Notes: generated from the sequence alone by a model not told the origin. Counted from the first letter of the stretch, positions 37,145 through 48,300 are shown. The stretch is 64,000 nt of DNA from a virus (IMGVR_UViG_3300044692_000050:38341-102340); one strand, 5' to 3'. Made by a program: numbers and translations.

Positions 37145-37903
37145 TCAAGAACGACCTGGAGCCACCTTCCAGGTCGCATGCCGAACAACCGAGCTTATGA
37201 CCGGCTGACTCACGCCGAACGCAGCTGCCAGTTCGTACTGATTCTCGCCAGCGGCATAGCGTTTGCGGATCTCGTCAACCTTCGGCCATGTGAGTTTGGC
37301 CTGGGTGTGAGCTTCGCCAGTAAGCCATGTCCGCGGGCGGACCTGTTCTTCGGGGGCGACTAGATGCGCCCAGTTCTTGCCGTTGATCGCTTCGCAGACA
37401 GTCGCTTGATGCACTCCGACCTCACGAGCGAGGGCAGTCTGAGTCTCTCCGGCCGCATAGCGGCGCTTGCACTCAGCGATGACTTCCGCAGTGAGCTTCG
37501 CGAAGGGCAGTTGCTCGCCTCGCAGATCCGATCCGTCACGAATGCGGTCAGCCGCATTCTGTGTCGGCGTTCCGTAACTAAGGTTCGCAAGACGATTGTC
37601 AAACGCACCGCCGGGGCCGTGCAGGGAAAGCATCCCCGAAGGTCGCGGGCCAACGAAAGCCTCAAGCACTAGTTGATGGACGAGCCTGGTCTTCTTCTTG
37701 CGGTCCCTGTAGAGAACTACACACAGGCGCGGACTCGCTCCGCCCGTAGGTGCCGGTGTTAGCAAGTCCCCTCGCAGGCGCGGCTTACGGCTCTTGTGCA
37801 GGCTGCGTACGTTGCCGAGGTCGCTGACCTCATAAAGCCCTTCCCAGCCCACGACGGGCAGCCAGCGCTCGGGCTCATCGCACGGCATGGCAGAATCGGT
37901 CAC
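37145..37903 (-). CDS. NUMOD4-HNH homing endonuclease
   Basis: ERWLPVVGWEGLYEVSDLGNVRS; VHQLVLEAFVGPRP...DNRLANLSYGT..N; repeated AKLT HTHs. Confidence 0.92.
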   Translation of the reverse strand: MTDSAMPCDEPERWLPVVGWEGLYEVSDLGNVRSLHKSRKPRLRGDLLTPAPTGGASPRLCVVLYRDRKKKTRLVHQLVLEAFVGPRPSGMLSLHGPGGAFDNRLANLSYGTPTQNAADRIRDGSDLRGEQLPFAKLTAEVIAECKRRYAAGETQTALAREVGVHQATVCEAINGKNWAHLVAPEEQVRPRTWLTGEAHTQAKLTWPKVDEIRKRYAAGENQYELAAAFGVSQPVISSVVRHATWKVAPGRS

Positions 37904-38011
37904 AGCCGGAACCTCGTTTCCGGTCAGGCCCCGGCCGGTGCTACCAACACCGCGATTCCGGGGCCGTTTTCATTGACGCCTCAATTCTACCTGAGTTAGG
38001 GGGAATTGAGG

Positions 38012-41000
38012 GTGGCCGAGTCGCTCGTAATAGCAAATAATTTTGAATTGCTCGGCCCAGACGGTGGAACCCCGTCGACCATCCCGCAGTGCGCGGGGGC
38101 TATCTTCCGGCTAGGCGACGGATGGGACCGCGGGACACCGCAGCCCGTGGTCGATATTCTCGGCCAGCTCATCCTGGACGGCTCGAGGCCTTTCGGCCGC
38201 CGCGCTGAGAACCGCACGATCAAGCTTCCGGTTGTCATTGAGGTCCCCGCCTCAGCAGGGGTAGACGATCCCAGGGGAACCCTCGCGGCGGCGCGCGAGG
38301 TGCTGCTCAGCGCGATCGACCAGCAGGTGTGGACGCTTACGTGGACCCGTGACGGCGGCCTGCCGATGGTCCTGGACTGCTTCCGCGCACAGCCCACGGT
38401 GGTCACCTACGACCTCGCCGACGAAGTAAGCCTGATCTCCGAGCTCGAGCTGAACTTCCAGGCGCTCCCCTACGGCCGGTCGGACCAGCAGACCCTCGTC
38501 GCGTTCCCGGTCCCCGTGCCCGGCACGTCACCGCCCCCGCCGCCGAGTCCCGTGGTCCTGGACAACTTCGCGTCCATCACAGGCCAGCAGTGGGCGCAGA
38601 GCTCGAAATGCATCATTGGCCCGTTCACCGCCTACTGGGATCCGGGCGCGTTCCCGGCGTTCCGGCCGGACGGCGCGGGAACACCGCTGGTCTATACCTC
38701 GCCGCCGTTCGCCGCGCCGGTCAACCTGACCGGGCTGACGGCGCTGTCGGTATGGGTGGGCCTCGGGTCGCTGCCGTTCCACTACTGCAACCTTGAATGG
38801 CGCGGCCGGACCCGCTGCTACGTGTCGTTCGTCCTGACAGACGCGAATGGCTCCCAGCTTTCGTTCCAGGCCACCAGGCGCGTCCCCTCGTCCCCGGACG
38901 TCTACAGCCCGGCCTGGACGTACGTCACTGCCGCGATCCCGCAGGGCCAGTCCTGGTTCGATTACACGCGGGTCACCCGGTACCAGGTCACGATCACCAA
39001 CCGGAACGGTGAGCTCCGGTGGGTGCACTGCTACCTGGACGCGCTGACCGCGCAGCCCCCGTCGGCGCAGGTCGGCCCGGTCAGCAACCGGGGTACCGTG
39101 TACCGGCTCGCGGGGATCCAGGGCACGTCTCACGCCCCCGTCAGCCTGACGTTCCAACAGCCTCCGACGGCGGGGACTCCTGCCACGCTGACCGGCACCG
39201 GGACGTACACGGTCCCGCCCGGCACCGTGTCGCTCAAGGTTGAGGCGTGGGGCGCGGGCGGCGCGGGAGCGTCGATGACCATCGCCGGGGTCGGCGGAGG
39301 CGGAGGCGGCGCGGAATACGCCCGCGAGGATGCCATCTCCGTCAGTCCAGGCCAGGTCATCCAGTACCAGTGCGGCATCGCCGGCGCCTCCGGGGCTTCG
39401 CCCGTCAACGGGGGGGACACGACGTTCGGCGGCGGTGCGGGGCAGACCGCCGTCACCGCGCACGGCGGCAAGAGCGCGGCGCAGAACTCCAGCACCGGAG
39501 GCGCGGGCGGCACTGGCAGTACCAACAGCGTCCATTACCCGGGCGGCCAGGGGCGCACCGCGTCCGGGTCCGTCGGCGGAGGCGGCGGCTCGAGCGCGGG
39601 CACCTCGAGCGCGGGCCTGACCCCGACCGGGACCGCGGCGACCGCGTTCACCACTCCCGGCACGGCCACATGGACCTGCCCGGCAGGTGTGACGAGCGTC
39701 CTGGCTGAATGCTGGGGCGCAGGCGGCGGCGGCGGCGCGGCCAGCAACGCCTACTACGGGGCCGGCGCGGGCGGTGGCGGGGAATACTCCGCCCAGACCG
39801 TCGCTGTGACTCCAGGGCACGTCTATAGCTACACAGTCGGCGCGGGCGGCAACGGCGGACCGGCGTCCTCGGGCGGCAACAACGGGAACAACGGGGGGAA
39901 CTCGGCGTTCACCGGGGACGCTGGCGTCACGGTCACCGCGCACGGCGGTACTGGCGGCGGCGTCAACACGTTCAACCAGGGCGGCCCCGCTGGCCCTGGC
40001 GGAACCGGCAGTAGTGCCGCCGTCCACTTCGATGGCGGTTCGGGCGGCCAGGGCTACCCGTACTCCGGCGGCGGCGGCTCGTCCGCGGGTCCCGGCAGCG
40101 CGGGTAACAGCGGCGACGGGTACGGCGACCCCGGTCCGGCACCGTCGGGCGGCGGTTCGGGCGGCCAGGGGCGCACCGGCAACGGCGCAGGCTCGGCAGG
40201 CTCGGCGCCCGGCGGCGGGGGTGGGGCGAGCTACAACCCCGGCTACGCGGGCGGCGCGGGTGCTGCGGGGCAGGTGCGGATCTCCTACCCCGGCGGGGGT
40301 GCGCCGACCAACAACGGCGCCGCGGCGGTAGCGGGCGGGGGCGCAGGCGGCAACGGAGGCCCGTCGGCCAACACTCCCGGCTCCGCGGGGTCGGCTCCGG
40401 GCGGAGGCGGCGGCGGTGCGGATTCCACGGGCACGGCGGAGGCGGGCGGCGCGGGAGGCGCGGGACGGATCGTCGTCACCCCGTTCTCCAGTCAGCCGTT
40501 CAAGACCTTGATCGCCCATCGGCCCGGTCCGGACGCTCCGGCCTCACTGAATCCGCTGGTGCCGGTCGGGAACGGGGCGGATGCGCCCGATGGCACGCAC
40601 CAGTACCCGGTTCCGTCGCTGGTCACCGGGGTCAATGCGCGGTTCCGGGGCACTTACACGGTGATGCTGGTGGCGTTCACCTGGAACAACCCCACCACGC
40701 CGCGGACCATCACCGTCACCGTCACGCAAAGCGAGTATCCGGGCGGCCCTACCTACACCGCGCCGGTCTCCACGACCGTCACCCCGTCCAGCGGAGTCCT
40801 CAACGGGATCGTCTCAGTCGGCGAGCTTACCCTGCCGTATAAGGACATCGCGCCTGACAACCAGAATGCCGTCTTCACGGTATCGGTCACTGACACGAAC
40901 ACGAGCGACCGCTTCTTGGATTGTCTGTTCATCGATACCACCGGGCAGCTGATCCAGTGCAGTCAGCCGACCACCGGGTACGTGACGATGTACTCAGACG

Positions 41001-41242
41001 AACCCGACCCGGACGCCGAACTCGGCAGGCTCCTCGGCTCCCAGTTCGGCCGCCCATCGGCTATATCTCTCATGGACGGGAACGCTGCGTCACCTAACGG
41101 ACCGCTGCCCGTCTTCATGTCCGGCGGACCGCTGACCGTCGACCCGGCCCAGTCGGCGGCAATCCTTCTGGTGTACTCCGTCGAAGGGTCGCCGGCGGTC
41201 GCTATGTCCTACTTTGCCCGTTACTGGATCGACCGGGTTTAA
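38012..41242 (+). CDS. Minor tail (distal-tail-like) protein with Gly-rich domains
   Basis: Follows TMP; duplicated YTVPPG/WTCPAGV..E.WGAGG Gly-rich modules. Confidence 0.8.
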   Translation: MAESLVIANNFELLGPDGGTPSTIPQCAGAIFRLGDGWDRGTPQPVVDILGQLILDGSRPFGRRAENRTIKLPVVIEVPASAGVDDPRGTLAAAREVLLSAIDQQVWTLTWTRDGGLPMVLDCFRAQPTVVTYDLADEVSLISELELNFQALPYGRSDQQTLVAFPVPVPGTSPPPPPSPVVLDNFASITGQQWAQSSKCIIGPFTAYWDPGAFPAFRPDGAGTPLVYTSPPFAAPVNLTGLTALSVWVGLGSLPFHYCNLEWRGRTRCYVSFVLTDANGSQLSFQATRRVPSSPDVYSPAWTYVTAAIPQGQSWFDYTRVTRYQVTITNRNGELRWVHCYLDALTAQPPSAQVGPVSNRGTVYRLAGIQGTSHAPVSLTFQQPPTAGTPATLTGTGTYTVPPGTVSLKVEAWGAGGAGASMTIAGVGGGGGGAEYAREDAISVSPGQVIQYQCGIAGASGASPVNGGDTTFGGGAGQTAVTAHGGKSAAQNSSTGGAGGTGSTNSVHYPGGQGRTASGSVGGGGGSSAGTSSAGLTPTGTAATAFTTPGTATWTCPAGVTSVLAECWGAGGGGGAASNAYYGAGAGGGGEYSAQTVAVTPGHVYSYTVGAGGNGGPASSGGNNGNNGGNSAFTGDAGVTVTAHGGTGGGVNTFNQGGPAGPGGTGSSAAVHFDGGSGGQGYPYSGGGGSSAGPGSAGNSGDGYGDPGPAPSGGGSGGQGRTGNGAGSAGSAPGGGGGASYNPGYAGGAGAAGQVRISYPGGGAPTNNGAAAVAGGGAGGNGGPSANTPGSAGSAPGGGGGGADSTGTAEAGGAGGAGRIVVTPFSSQPFKTLIAHRPGPDAPASLNPLVPVGNGADAPDGTHQYPVPSLVTGVNARFRGTYTVMLVAFTWNNPTTPRTITVTVTQSEYPGGPTYTAPVSTTVTPSSGVLNGIVSVGELTLPYKDIAPDNQNAVFTVSVTDTNTSDRFLDCLFIDTTGQLIQCSQPTTGYVTMYSDEPDPDAELGRLLGSQFGRPSAISLMDGNAASPNGPLPVFMSGGPLTVDPAQSAAILLVYSVEGSPAVAMSYFARYWIDRV

Positions 41243-41252
41243 GGGGGCATCG

Positions 41253-41642
41253 ATGTCCGCCACCCACTCCAAGGCCGTCAGCACCGAGAACCGGCTCAAC
41301 AACCTCGTTGGCTCCGTGTCGACCACCAACGCCAACGTCGCCACCATCACGAGCCAGCAGGGCACCTTCGCCGGGTTCTCCGGGGCGAACCAGTCCCAGT
41401 CGATGCCCGGCGGCCTTGGCATCACCTACAACCCGAGTAACAGCACTAACGAGGGCGGCACCAACAGCCAGACCTCCGGGCAGATCGGCGGGGCGGCGGC
41501 GCATAACCACTCGATGACTCACTACCACACCGAGAGCGTTGACCTGCAGAACAAGTTCAACCTCCTGCAGTCCTCGTTCGCGGACATCTGCGGCAGGCTG
41601 AACACTCTCTACGCCAAGCTCCAGGCCGCGAAAATCCTCTGA
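41253..41642 (+). CDS. Minor tail protein
   Basis: AHNHSMTHYH fibre-like motif and C-terminal helix. Confidence 0.6.
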   Translation: MSATHSKAVSTENRLNNLVGSVSTTNANVATITSQQGTFAGFSGANQSQSMPGGLGITYNPSNSTNEGGTNSQTSGQIGGAAAHNHSMTHYHTESVDLQNKFNLLQSSFADICGRLNTLYAKLQAAKIL

Positions 41643-41648
41643 CGGGCG

Positions 41649-42767
41649 ATGGACAGGCCAGGGCTTTCCACTGTCGTCACGATGAACCCCAACGGGTCAG
41701 ACGTGCGCTGGCTCGGCAGCATCGGCGCGGTAACCGGCCTCAAGTACGCGTACACGCTGCCGGGCGGGGCGAGCTCCATGTCCTGCCAGCTCCTGACCGA
41801 GCCGAACCAGCGGCCCAGTGCGATCAACGTGGCCCGCAAGGTGAGGGTGTACCGGGGCGGCTCCTGCGTGTGGGAGGGGAAGCTCGCCGAGCCGCAGCAG
41901 TCGGCGTCCGGGTGGTCTATCAGCGCCGTCGGGATCGGGGCGCTCGGCGCGAACTTCCAGGCCCATTACACGACCTGGAACGCGGACGACCCGATCAACC
42001 AGGCCATCAGCCGGGGGCTGCCGTGGATCAACCCCGGCATGTCCGGGATCTCCGGGCTGTGGCTCAGCCAGAAGGAAGACGACGCTTCCCAGAAGATCAG
42101 CGACTTCCTCGGCCTGCTGTGCACCAATGGCGCGCTGACCTGGTACGTCGACCAGTCCCGGACGCTGCGCATCATCCCGATCCCCACCGCCCCGACCCGC
42201 ATCCTGGTCGCGACCGACCCGGCGCCGAGGACAGTCGCCGCCGACGTGAACGCGCTCTACGTGCGCTACCAGGCCACGGCCGACAACACGTCCTCATCGT
42301 CCCCGTCGACTGCGGCAGCGACGTACGGGACGGTGCTGGCCGTCAACCAGGCGAGCATCGACGCGCACGGGGAGATGGAGGACTACGCCGACCTGTCCTC
42401 GGCCGGGGTGATGTCCTCCGCCGCCGCGCAAGCTGCCGGGCAGTCGGCGCTGTCCAAGTACGTCCGTGCCACCTACTCGGGGCCGTTCACGATCCGGCAG
42501 GGCCAGTGGCTGACGCTGGGCGGCTCCCCGATCGACATCGGGGCCGAGCGGGGCATCCCGCAGGTCGTCCAGCTGCAGCTGATCCAAGCCGGTTACGGCG
42601 GCGAGGTTGTTCCGGGACCTATCACGTTCCCGGTCGGCTCATGGGAGTACGACGACACGGCGCAGACGGCGACCGTCTCGCCGCTGCAGTCCATCGCGAG
42701 CGATCTCAGTTCCCTGCTGGCGGCGATGTTCCCGGCCAAGCCCGCCACGGACAGTAGCGGCGGCTAG
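41649..42767 (+). CDS. Minor tail/hub protein
   Basis: YTLPGGASSMSC...VRVYRGGSCVWEGKL. Confidence 0.75.
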   Translation: MDRPGLSTVVTMNPNGSDVRWLGSIGAVTGLKYAYTLPGGASSMSCQLLTEPNQRPSAINVARKVRVYRGGSCVWEGKLAEPQQSASGWSISAVGIGALGANFQAHYTTWNADDPINQAISRGLPWINPGMSGISGLWLSQKEDDASQKISDFLGLLCTNGALTWYVDQSRTLRIIPIPTAPTRILVATDPAPRTVAADVNALYVRYQATADNTSSSSPSTAAATYGTVLAVNQASIDAHGEMEDYADLSSAGVMSSAAAQAAGQSALSKYVRATYSGPFTIRQGQWLTLGGSPIDIGAERGIPQVVQLQLIQAGYGGEVVPGPITFPVGSWEYDDTAQTATVSPLQSIASDLSSLLAAMFPAKPATDSSGG

Positions 42768-42925
42768 TTGTTGCGGAGTTCCTGGGCGATTTCGTCTAGG
42801 GGCACGACGGCGATGTCTCCGTTGTCGGCGTAGCAGATGGTCATGTAGCCATCGTCAGTGTCCATCGCATACGGGGCGATCTCGCGCCCTTGATGCAAGA
42901 GGCGGATCGGGGCTAGGTCACTCAA
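42764..42925 (-). CDS. Antisense small protein, copy B
   Basis: LAPIRLLHQGREIAPYAMDTDDG...QELRNN; TTG overlaps the upstream stop. Confidence 0.65.
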   Translation of the reverse strand: MSDLAPIRLLHQGREIAPYAMDTDDGYMTICYADNGDIAVVPLDEIAQELRNN

Positions 42926-43458
42926 TCTGGCACCTTCCATTCGGCGCGGTAATCCGGGTGGTCGCTGTAGACGGCGGCGAGGGCGAGCAGCGTAGAACAT
43001 GGGTAAGCGGGTCCAACCCAAATGTTGTCGTCGCGGACGATCCGGCAGCGACCGCACCAGTAGCGTTCACGCTCGTCGGGCCGGTGCCCGGCCAGTATCA
43101 CCCTCTTCGCTTCGACCTCGCGGAGCACGCGAGCCGGGTCATGCCGGGCGATGTGGCGGGCGTCCTGCGGCCTGACCTCTTCGGCGTCAATTACCAGATG
43201 GGGTAGAGGTCCAAAGGAGCCCGCTGGGTACTCTTCGACGCTGCGGAGTCCCACGCGGAAGTGCTCGCCGTGCTCTAGGTGCTCGTCACCGCTGGCTATG
43301 GCGAGGTCCGGATCCAGCGGCCCGTCATCCTCGCTGCATTCCCAGTGCCACCGCTCCGGCTCGCTAGCCGGGTGGTCATCTCGTCCGCTTGCCGCCCTGG
43401 CTATGCGCTCGTCTTCTTCGAGCCGGGCGCGCAGGAAAACCAGCAGGTCATCGGTCAT
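42922..43458 (-). CDS. DUF6221-like protein
   Basis: DLLVFLRARLEEDE...HIARHDPARVLREVEAKR...TLLALAAVYSDHPDYRAEW; TAGAGT-N5-ATG. Confidence 0.85.
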   Translation of the reverse strand: MTDDLLVFLRARLEEDERIARAASGRDDHPASEPERWHWECSEDDGPLDPDLAIASGDEHLEHGEHFRVGLRSVEEYPAGSFGPLPHLVIDAEEVRPQDARHIARHDPARVLREVEAKRVILAGHRPDERERYWCGRCRIVRDDNIWVGPAYPCSTLLALAAVYSDHPDYRAEWKVPD

Positions 43459-43645
43459 ATCTCACTCTAACCGGCCGCCCGTTGCAGGCGGCCTTTCCTA
43501 TGCCCGCGACACGGAGGCCAGCCATGCCCGAGACCCCCGAACAGCCGGACCCGCCCCACAACGAGGCCGGACAAGCCGCCGAGCACTTCGGCATCACCAA
43601 GACCCAGGCCACCGAACCGGCCGAGGAATCCAACGAGGAGGACCA

Positions 43646-44254
43646 GTGAGCGGAACTGTGGACGGCGGCCGGGGCACCACGCTCTGGAAGGTGGAGCGGT
43701 GGGACGCCGAGATGGCCGCGTGGGCGCAGAAGCGCCGTGAGCGGCACCTGCCCGAGCGGGTCCTGCTCGCCCGGCCCGAGCCGGTGCAGCGGGACTTCCA
43801 CGCGCTGCGCATCCGGCCCTACTCGGTGACCCACACGCTCGGCAACGTCATCACCAACGCCGGGTGGCAGGCTCTCCTCAAGGCGGCTACGTCGGGCGCT
43901 TCCGGGCCGCTGGTGTTCTCGAGCTCGGTGGGGCGCATCGGCGTCGGCGACACGGCCGGCACGCCCGCCGCCGCTGACACGGACCTCGCCGCCTCCGCCG
44001 GATCGACGCACCGGCTCTTTAAGTTCATGGCCGCTGCGCCGACCGTGGGGACTGGTACCAACCGGACGTGGACGTTCGTGGCGACGTTCGGCTCGTCGGA
44101 CTTCAATCAGGCCTGGCAGGAGTTCGGGATCGACTCCGGGACGGCCGACGGGACAACCGTGGTCGCCCCCTTCCTGAACCACGCGAACAGCAACCAGGGT
44201 ACGAAGACTTCGGGGCAAGTCTGGACAAGTACCGCAGTCCTGAGCTTCACTTAG
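43646..44254 (+). CDS. Tail/baseplate-associated protein
   Basis: NVITNAG...IGVGD...AAADTDL...AWQEFGI...GTKTSGQVW. Confidence 0.7.
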   Translation: MSGTVDGGRGTTLWKVERWDAEMAAWAQKRRERHLPERVLLARPEPVQRDFHALRIRPYSVTHTLGNVITNAGWQALLKAATSGASGPLVFSSSVGRIGVGDTAGTPAAADTDLAASAGSTHRLFKFMAAAPTVGTGTNRTWTFVATFGSSDFNQAWQEFGIDSGTADGTTVVAPFLNHANSNQGTKTSGQVWTSTAVLSFT

Positions 44255-44372
44255 TTTTACCTAAACAGCCATTCAGTACATAGACTGAGCTGGCCTTTTC
44301 TTCGGCAAGGCCAGAGCGGGTCGGCTGGCGTGTCCCGTGCCAACCTTCGTTTCTTTCACGTAAACTAGACCT

Positions 44373-44942
44373 GTGAAGCGAAGTGACAAGTTCCCGGAAC
44401 TACTCGACGAGACATGGCTTCGGGATCAGTACGAGACACTAGGCAAGAGCTGTCCGCAGATCGCTACCGAACTGGGTTGCACATCGCATCTGGTGGCATA
44501 CCGCGCCAACCAGTTCGGCATCAAGCTACGAGGTCGGCACGGCGGCCGGTGGGAGCCGATACCGTGCGAGCGTTGCGGGGAGGACTTTACTCCGTCCAGC
44601 AGCACCGCACGGTTCTGCTCCAAGGAATGCCGTCTCGGCACGATTCCTTGCGAGCAGTGCGGGCACCAGTTTGCCGCGAGGTTGCCGAAGAAGTGGCAGG
44701 ATAAGTCGGGCAACCAGCGCGTCTATCACAGCCGGTTCTGCTCTTCCGAGTGCCATAAAGAGTGGCTCGTGGAGAATTCCGCTTACCAGTATGTGAACGC
44801 TCAGGGCTACGTCGTGCTCACCACGCCCACCGCACGCCCGGTCGCGCATCTGATAGCAGAGGCGCTGGAAATCCTCAAGGCGTACGCTCCTGAGCATCTC
44901 GCCAACGAGCCTGATGAGGGGGATGCCGTAACCCTGTTCTGA
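44373..44942 (+). pseudogene. HNH-endonuclease-derived protein lacking the HNH core
   Basis: HTH, Zn fingers and NAQGYV run straight into the C-terminal EILKAYAP helix; no HNH motif. Confidence 0.55.
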
Positions 44943-44990
44943 CGTTCGCCCGCTCACCGCCGCAACCTCTAGCCGGAAGGCGGTGGGCGA

Positions 44991-45308
44991 GTGAGCATCA
45001 CCTTCACGGACCCGGACGCCTACATCGGCGACGACTCCCAGTTCACTGCCGGCCTGCTTGCCCAGGACTCCGGCACCGGGTCGGACACGCTCGCTCACGG
45101 CCCGGTCATCGGCGACTCAGGCGGCGGCTCGGAGGCGGTCACGGTGGCCGTGGCGGTCCCGCTGCAGGAGACGGCCACCGCCGATGACCTGCCGTGGCAG
45201 TACATCTCCCAGGGGCTCCCCGCGTTCCCGTACTACGCCGACCTGCCTCAGGCGGCGCTGCAGCGGGTCAAGGTAGGCGACCAGTTCCTCTGGTACGCGG
45301 GGACCTGA
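44991..45308 (+). CDS. Small DSGxGxD-repeat virion protein
   Basis: DSGTGSD, DSGGGSE repeats as in the next gene. Confidence 0.6.
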   Translation: MSITFTDPDAYIGDDSQFTAGLLAQDSGTGSDTLAHGPVIGDSGGGSEAVTVAVAVPLQETATADDLPWQYISQGLPAFPYYADLPQAALQRVKVGDQFLWYAGT

Positions 45309-45311
45309 CGG

Positions 45312-48300
45312 ATGAGTAGTCAGACATTTTCCGCCTCAGGCACGTGGACCGCCCCGTCTGACATCTCCGGCTCCCCGAAAGTGGAAGCGTGGGGCGAGGG
45401 CGGTACCGGCGGCACGTCCAGTCACGGCTCCTTCTCCGGCGGCGGCGGAGGCGGCGGGGCGTACGCCGCTGAGACCACCCTCGGCGGGGTTAGCGCCGGG
45501 ACGGTCCTGACGATCACCATCGGAACCGGCGGGACCGGGACCGCGACGACGGTGACCGGGGGAAGCGTCACCGTCACCGCGAACGCGGGCGGCAACGGGT
45601 CCGGCAGCAGCCAGGGGGCCGGCGGGTCGGCGGGAAGCAACTCCGTCGCGTTCGCCGGCGGTGCGGGCGGCCACGGCGGCGGGGCGTCCAGTTCAGGCGG
45701 CGGCGGAGGCGGTGCCGCAGGGAGTTCCGGCGGCGGCGGTGCGGGTTCTTCGTCGCTGTCGGGCGGCGGAGGCGGTACTGCCGGGACCGGAGGCGGGACG
45801 GGCGGCGCGGGCGGAACCTCGCTCAACGCCGGGAACGCCGGCAGCGCTCCCGGGGGCGGTGGCGGTGGCGGCGGTTCCGGCGGCACCATCAACCACTTCG
45901 GCGGTTCCGGTGCCGCTGGCCAGGTGGTCATTACCTGGTCGACGGCCACGCAGATCAGCCTCACTGAGTCCGGATCGGGCAGCGACTCCTCGTCCGTGGC
46001 GGTAGCGGTCCCCTTCGCGGAGGCTGGCACCGGGACGCAGGGCTTCACGGTCGCCGTGGCGGTCTCGGGGACAGCGGACAGCGGCTCCGGTGACGGAACG
46101 CTCGCGGCGGTCAACGTCGTCTCTTATGCCGATGCAGGCGCAGACTCCGACGTGCTGCAGGGCCCTGCGGTTGCGGTACCTCTCGCCCAGTCCGGGGCGG
46201 GGTCGGATTCTGTCTTGATCGCGTCGGCGCTGAGCGTCGCGGACAACGGGTCCGGCAGCGAGGCGATCGGGTTCCTCGTCGCGTCGGTCGACACCGGGGG
46301 CGACACCGGGGCCGGCTCGGACACCCTCGGCATCGCGATCGTCGTGCCGGACAGCGGCACCGGGTCGGATGCCTTCAGCGCGCATGTCACCGGGACCACG
46401 CTGATCCAGCTGACGACGTTCACCGTCACGGCGGTCACGGATACGGACCCGGCGGACGGGATCATCGAGATCACGTTCAGCCCGTTCGCGCTGGCACCGA
46501 TTCCGGCGGGCAGCGTGGCGGTCCAGGTCGTGCCGACTATCGCCGTGCAGGTGGCATTCCCGGCTGAGACCGGCACGGGAGACGACTCGGGGTTCTCCGC
46601 TCCGGTCGGGGTGTCCCCGGCGGATTCCGGGCACGGGACGGATCTCGCGGACCCTGGCTACTCGGCGACGTTCACGGCCGGATATGACGGCGTGGGGGCG
46701 CTCACCGTCGCCGCGGCGGTTCCTGAGCCGTCCTCGGGCACCGGGTCGGAGGCGCTATCCGCTGCCGTAGCGGTACCGCTGGCGGAATCGGGCGCGGGGT
46801 CGGACGTGCTTCCGGGCGTCGGGGTAACGCTCGGCATCGACACGGGGACGGCTGCGGACAGCCTCACGGTGGCAGACACCCCGCAGCCTGTGGACACCGG
46901 GGCCGGGTCGGATGTGCTGCAGGGTCCCGCAGTCGGGGTGCCGCTAGCCGAGGCTGGAGCTTGCGCGGATCCGCTGGCGGTCGCCGCCGCGATCTCCGGT
47001 GCCGACTCGGGTGCCGGGTCGGATGCGTTCGCCGTGACCGCCGCACCGAGCCTGCCCGATTCCGGGCAAGGGGCCGATTCGCTGGTGCCGCCTGCGGTTT
47101 CGGTTGAACTGGACGAGGCCGGGACCGGGACTGACGCGGGTCCGGCGATCGGCCTGGCGCTCGCTGACTCCGGATCGGGCGCGGATACTCTCGCGGTCAC
47201 CGACTCCCCCGCGCTCGCCGACGCTGGTACTGGGGCTGACGCGCTCACAGTCGCTGCTGCGGCGTCCCTTGCTGACACCGGGTCGGCGGCCGATGCGGTC
47301 ACGCTGCAGGCTGCCGTGAGCCTCGCCGAAGCGGGGACCGGGACTGACGCGCTCACTCTGGCGGTGGCTGTACCTGCCGCCGACGCGGGATCGGGCAGCG
47401 ACGCGGCTGCCATAGCCGCCGCCCTGTCCGCGAGTGACGCGGGTTCGGGGTCGGATGACTTCAGCCGGGCCGTGGCCATCTCCCAGGCTGACGACGGGGC
47501 CGGGGATGACGCGCTGACTGCCGCTCCGGGCATCCCCTTCGCTGAGGCCGGGTCGGCGGCGGACTTGCTCTCCGTGCCGGCTGTGTCCGTGTTCCCCGCC
47601 GACGCCGGACGGGGCACGGACCTGCGGGATCCGGGGTATACGGCGACGTTCGGCTCTGCGTACGGCTCCGAGGTGGCGTTCGACGTCGCGGCGGCGCTCG
47701 GCCTCCAGGATTCCGGGTCCGGGGTGGACGGCTTCACGGCTGCCGGTTCCATTGCCCTGGCCGACTCGGGTGCAGGTAGCGACACCGCGGCTGTTACCGT
47801 CACGCTTCCGCTCGCTGAGACCGGCGCGGGCAGTGAGGCGCTGACTCTCGCGCCGTCGGTTCCCCTTACCCAGCCGGGCACCGGGGCCGACGTGCTCACC
47901 CTCGCCGCGGCTGTAGCCGTCCAGGAGGCGGCCTCGGCCACGGACGTGCTGAACGTCACGGACGCCCCGTCTTTGGCCGACAGCGGCACGGGGACGGACG
48001 CCGGGACGGCGGCAGCCGGGGTGCCGCTCCCCGAGGCCGGGGCGGGAGCTGAGAGCGCAACCCTCGCGGTCGCCGTGCCGTTCGTGCAGGCCAGCGCCTG
48101 TGCTGACGCGATCAGCGCCGCCGTGGCCTTGACCGCACAGGACTCCGGGTCCGGGACTGACGCGCTGGCCCTGGCCGCTGCCGTGGCGCTCGCGGACTCC
48201 GGGGCCGGGGATGAGCAGGTCGTCATCGGCCAGTCCAGGACGTGGGCTGACGGGGGGTCCGGGGCCGACGCGGGCTCTGCGGCTGCGGCTGTCCCGCTCG

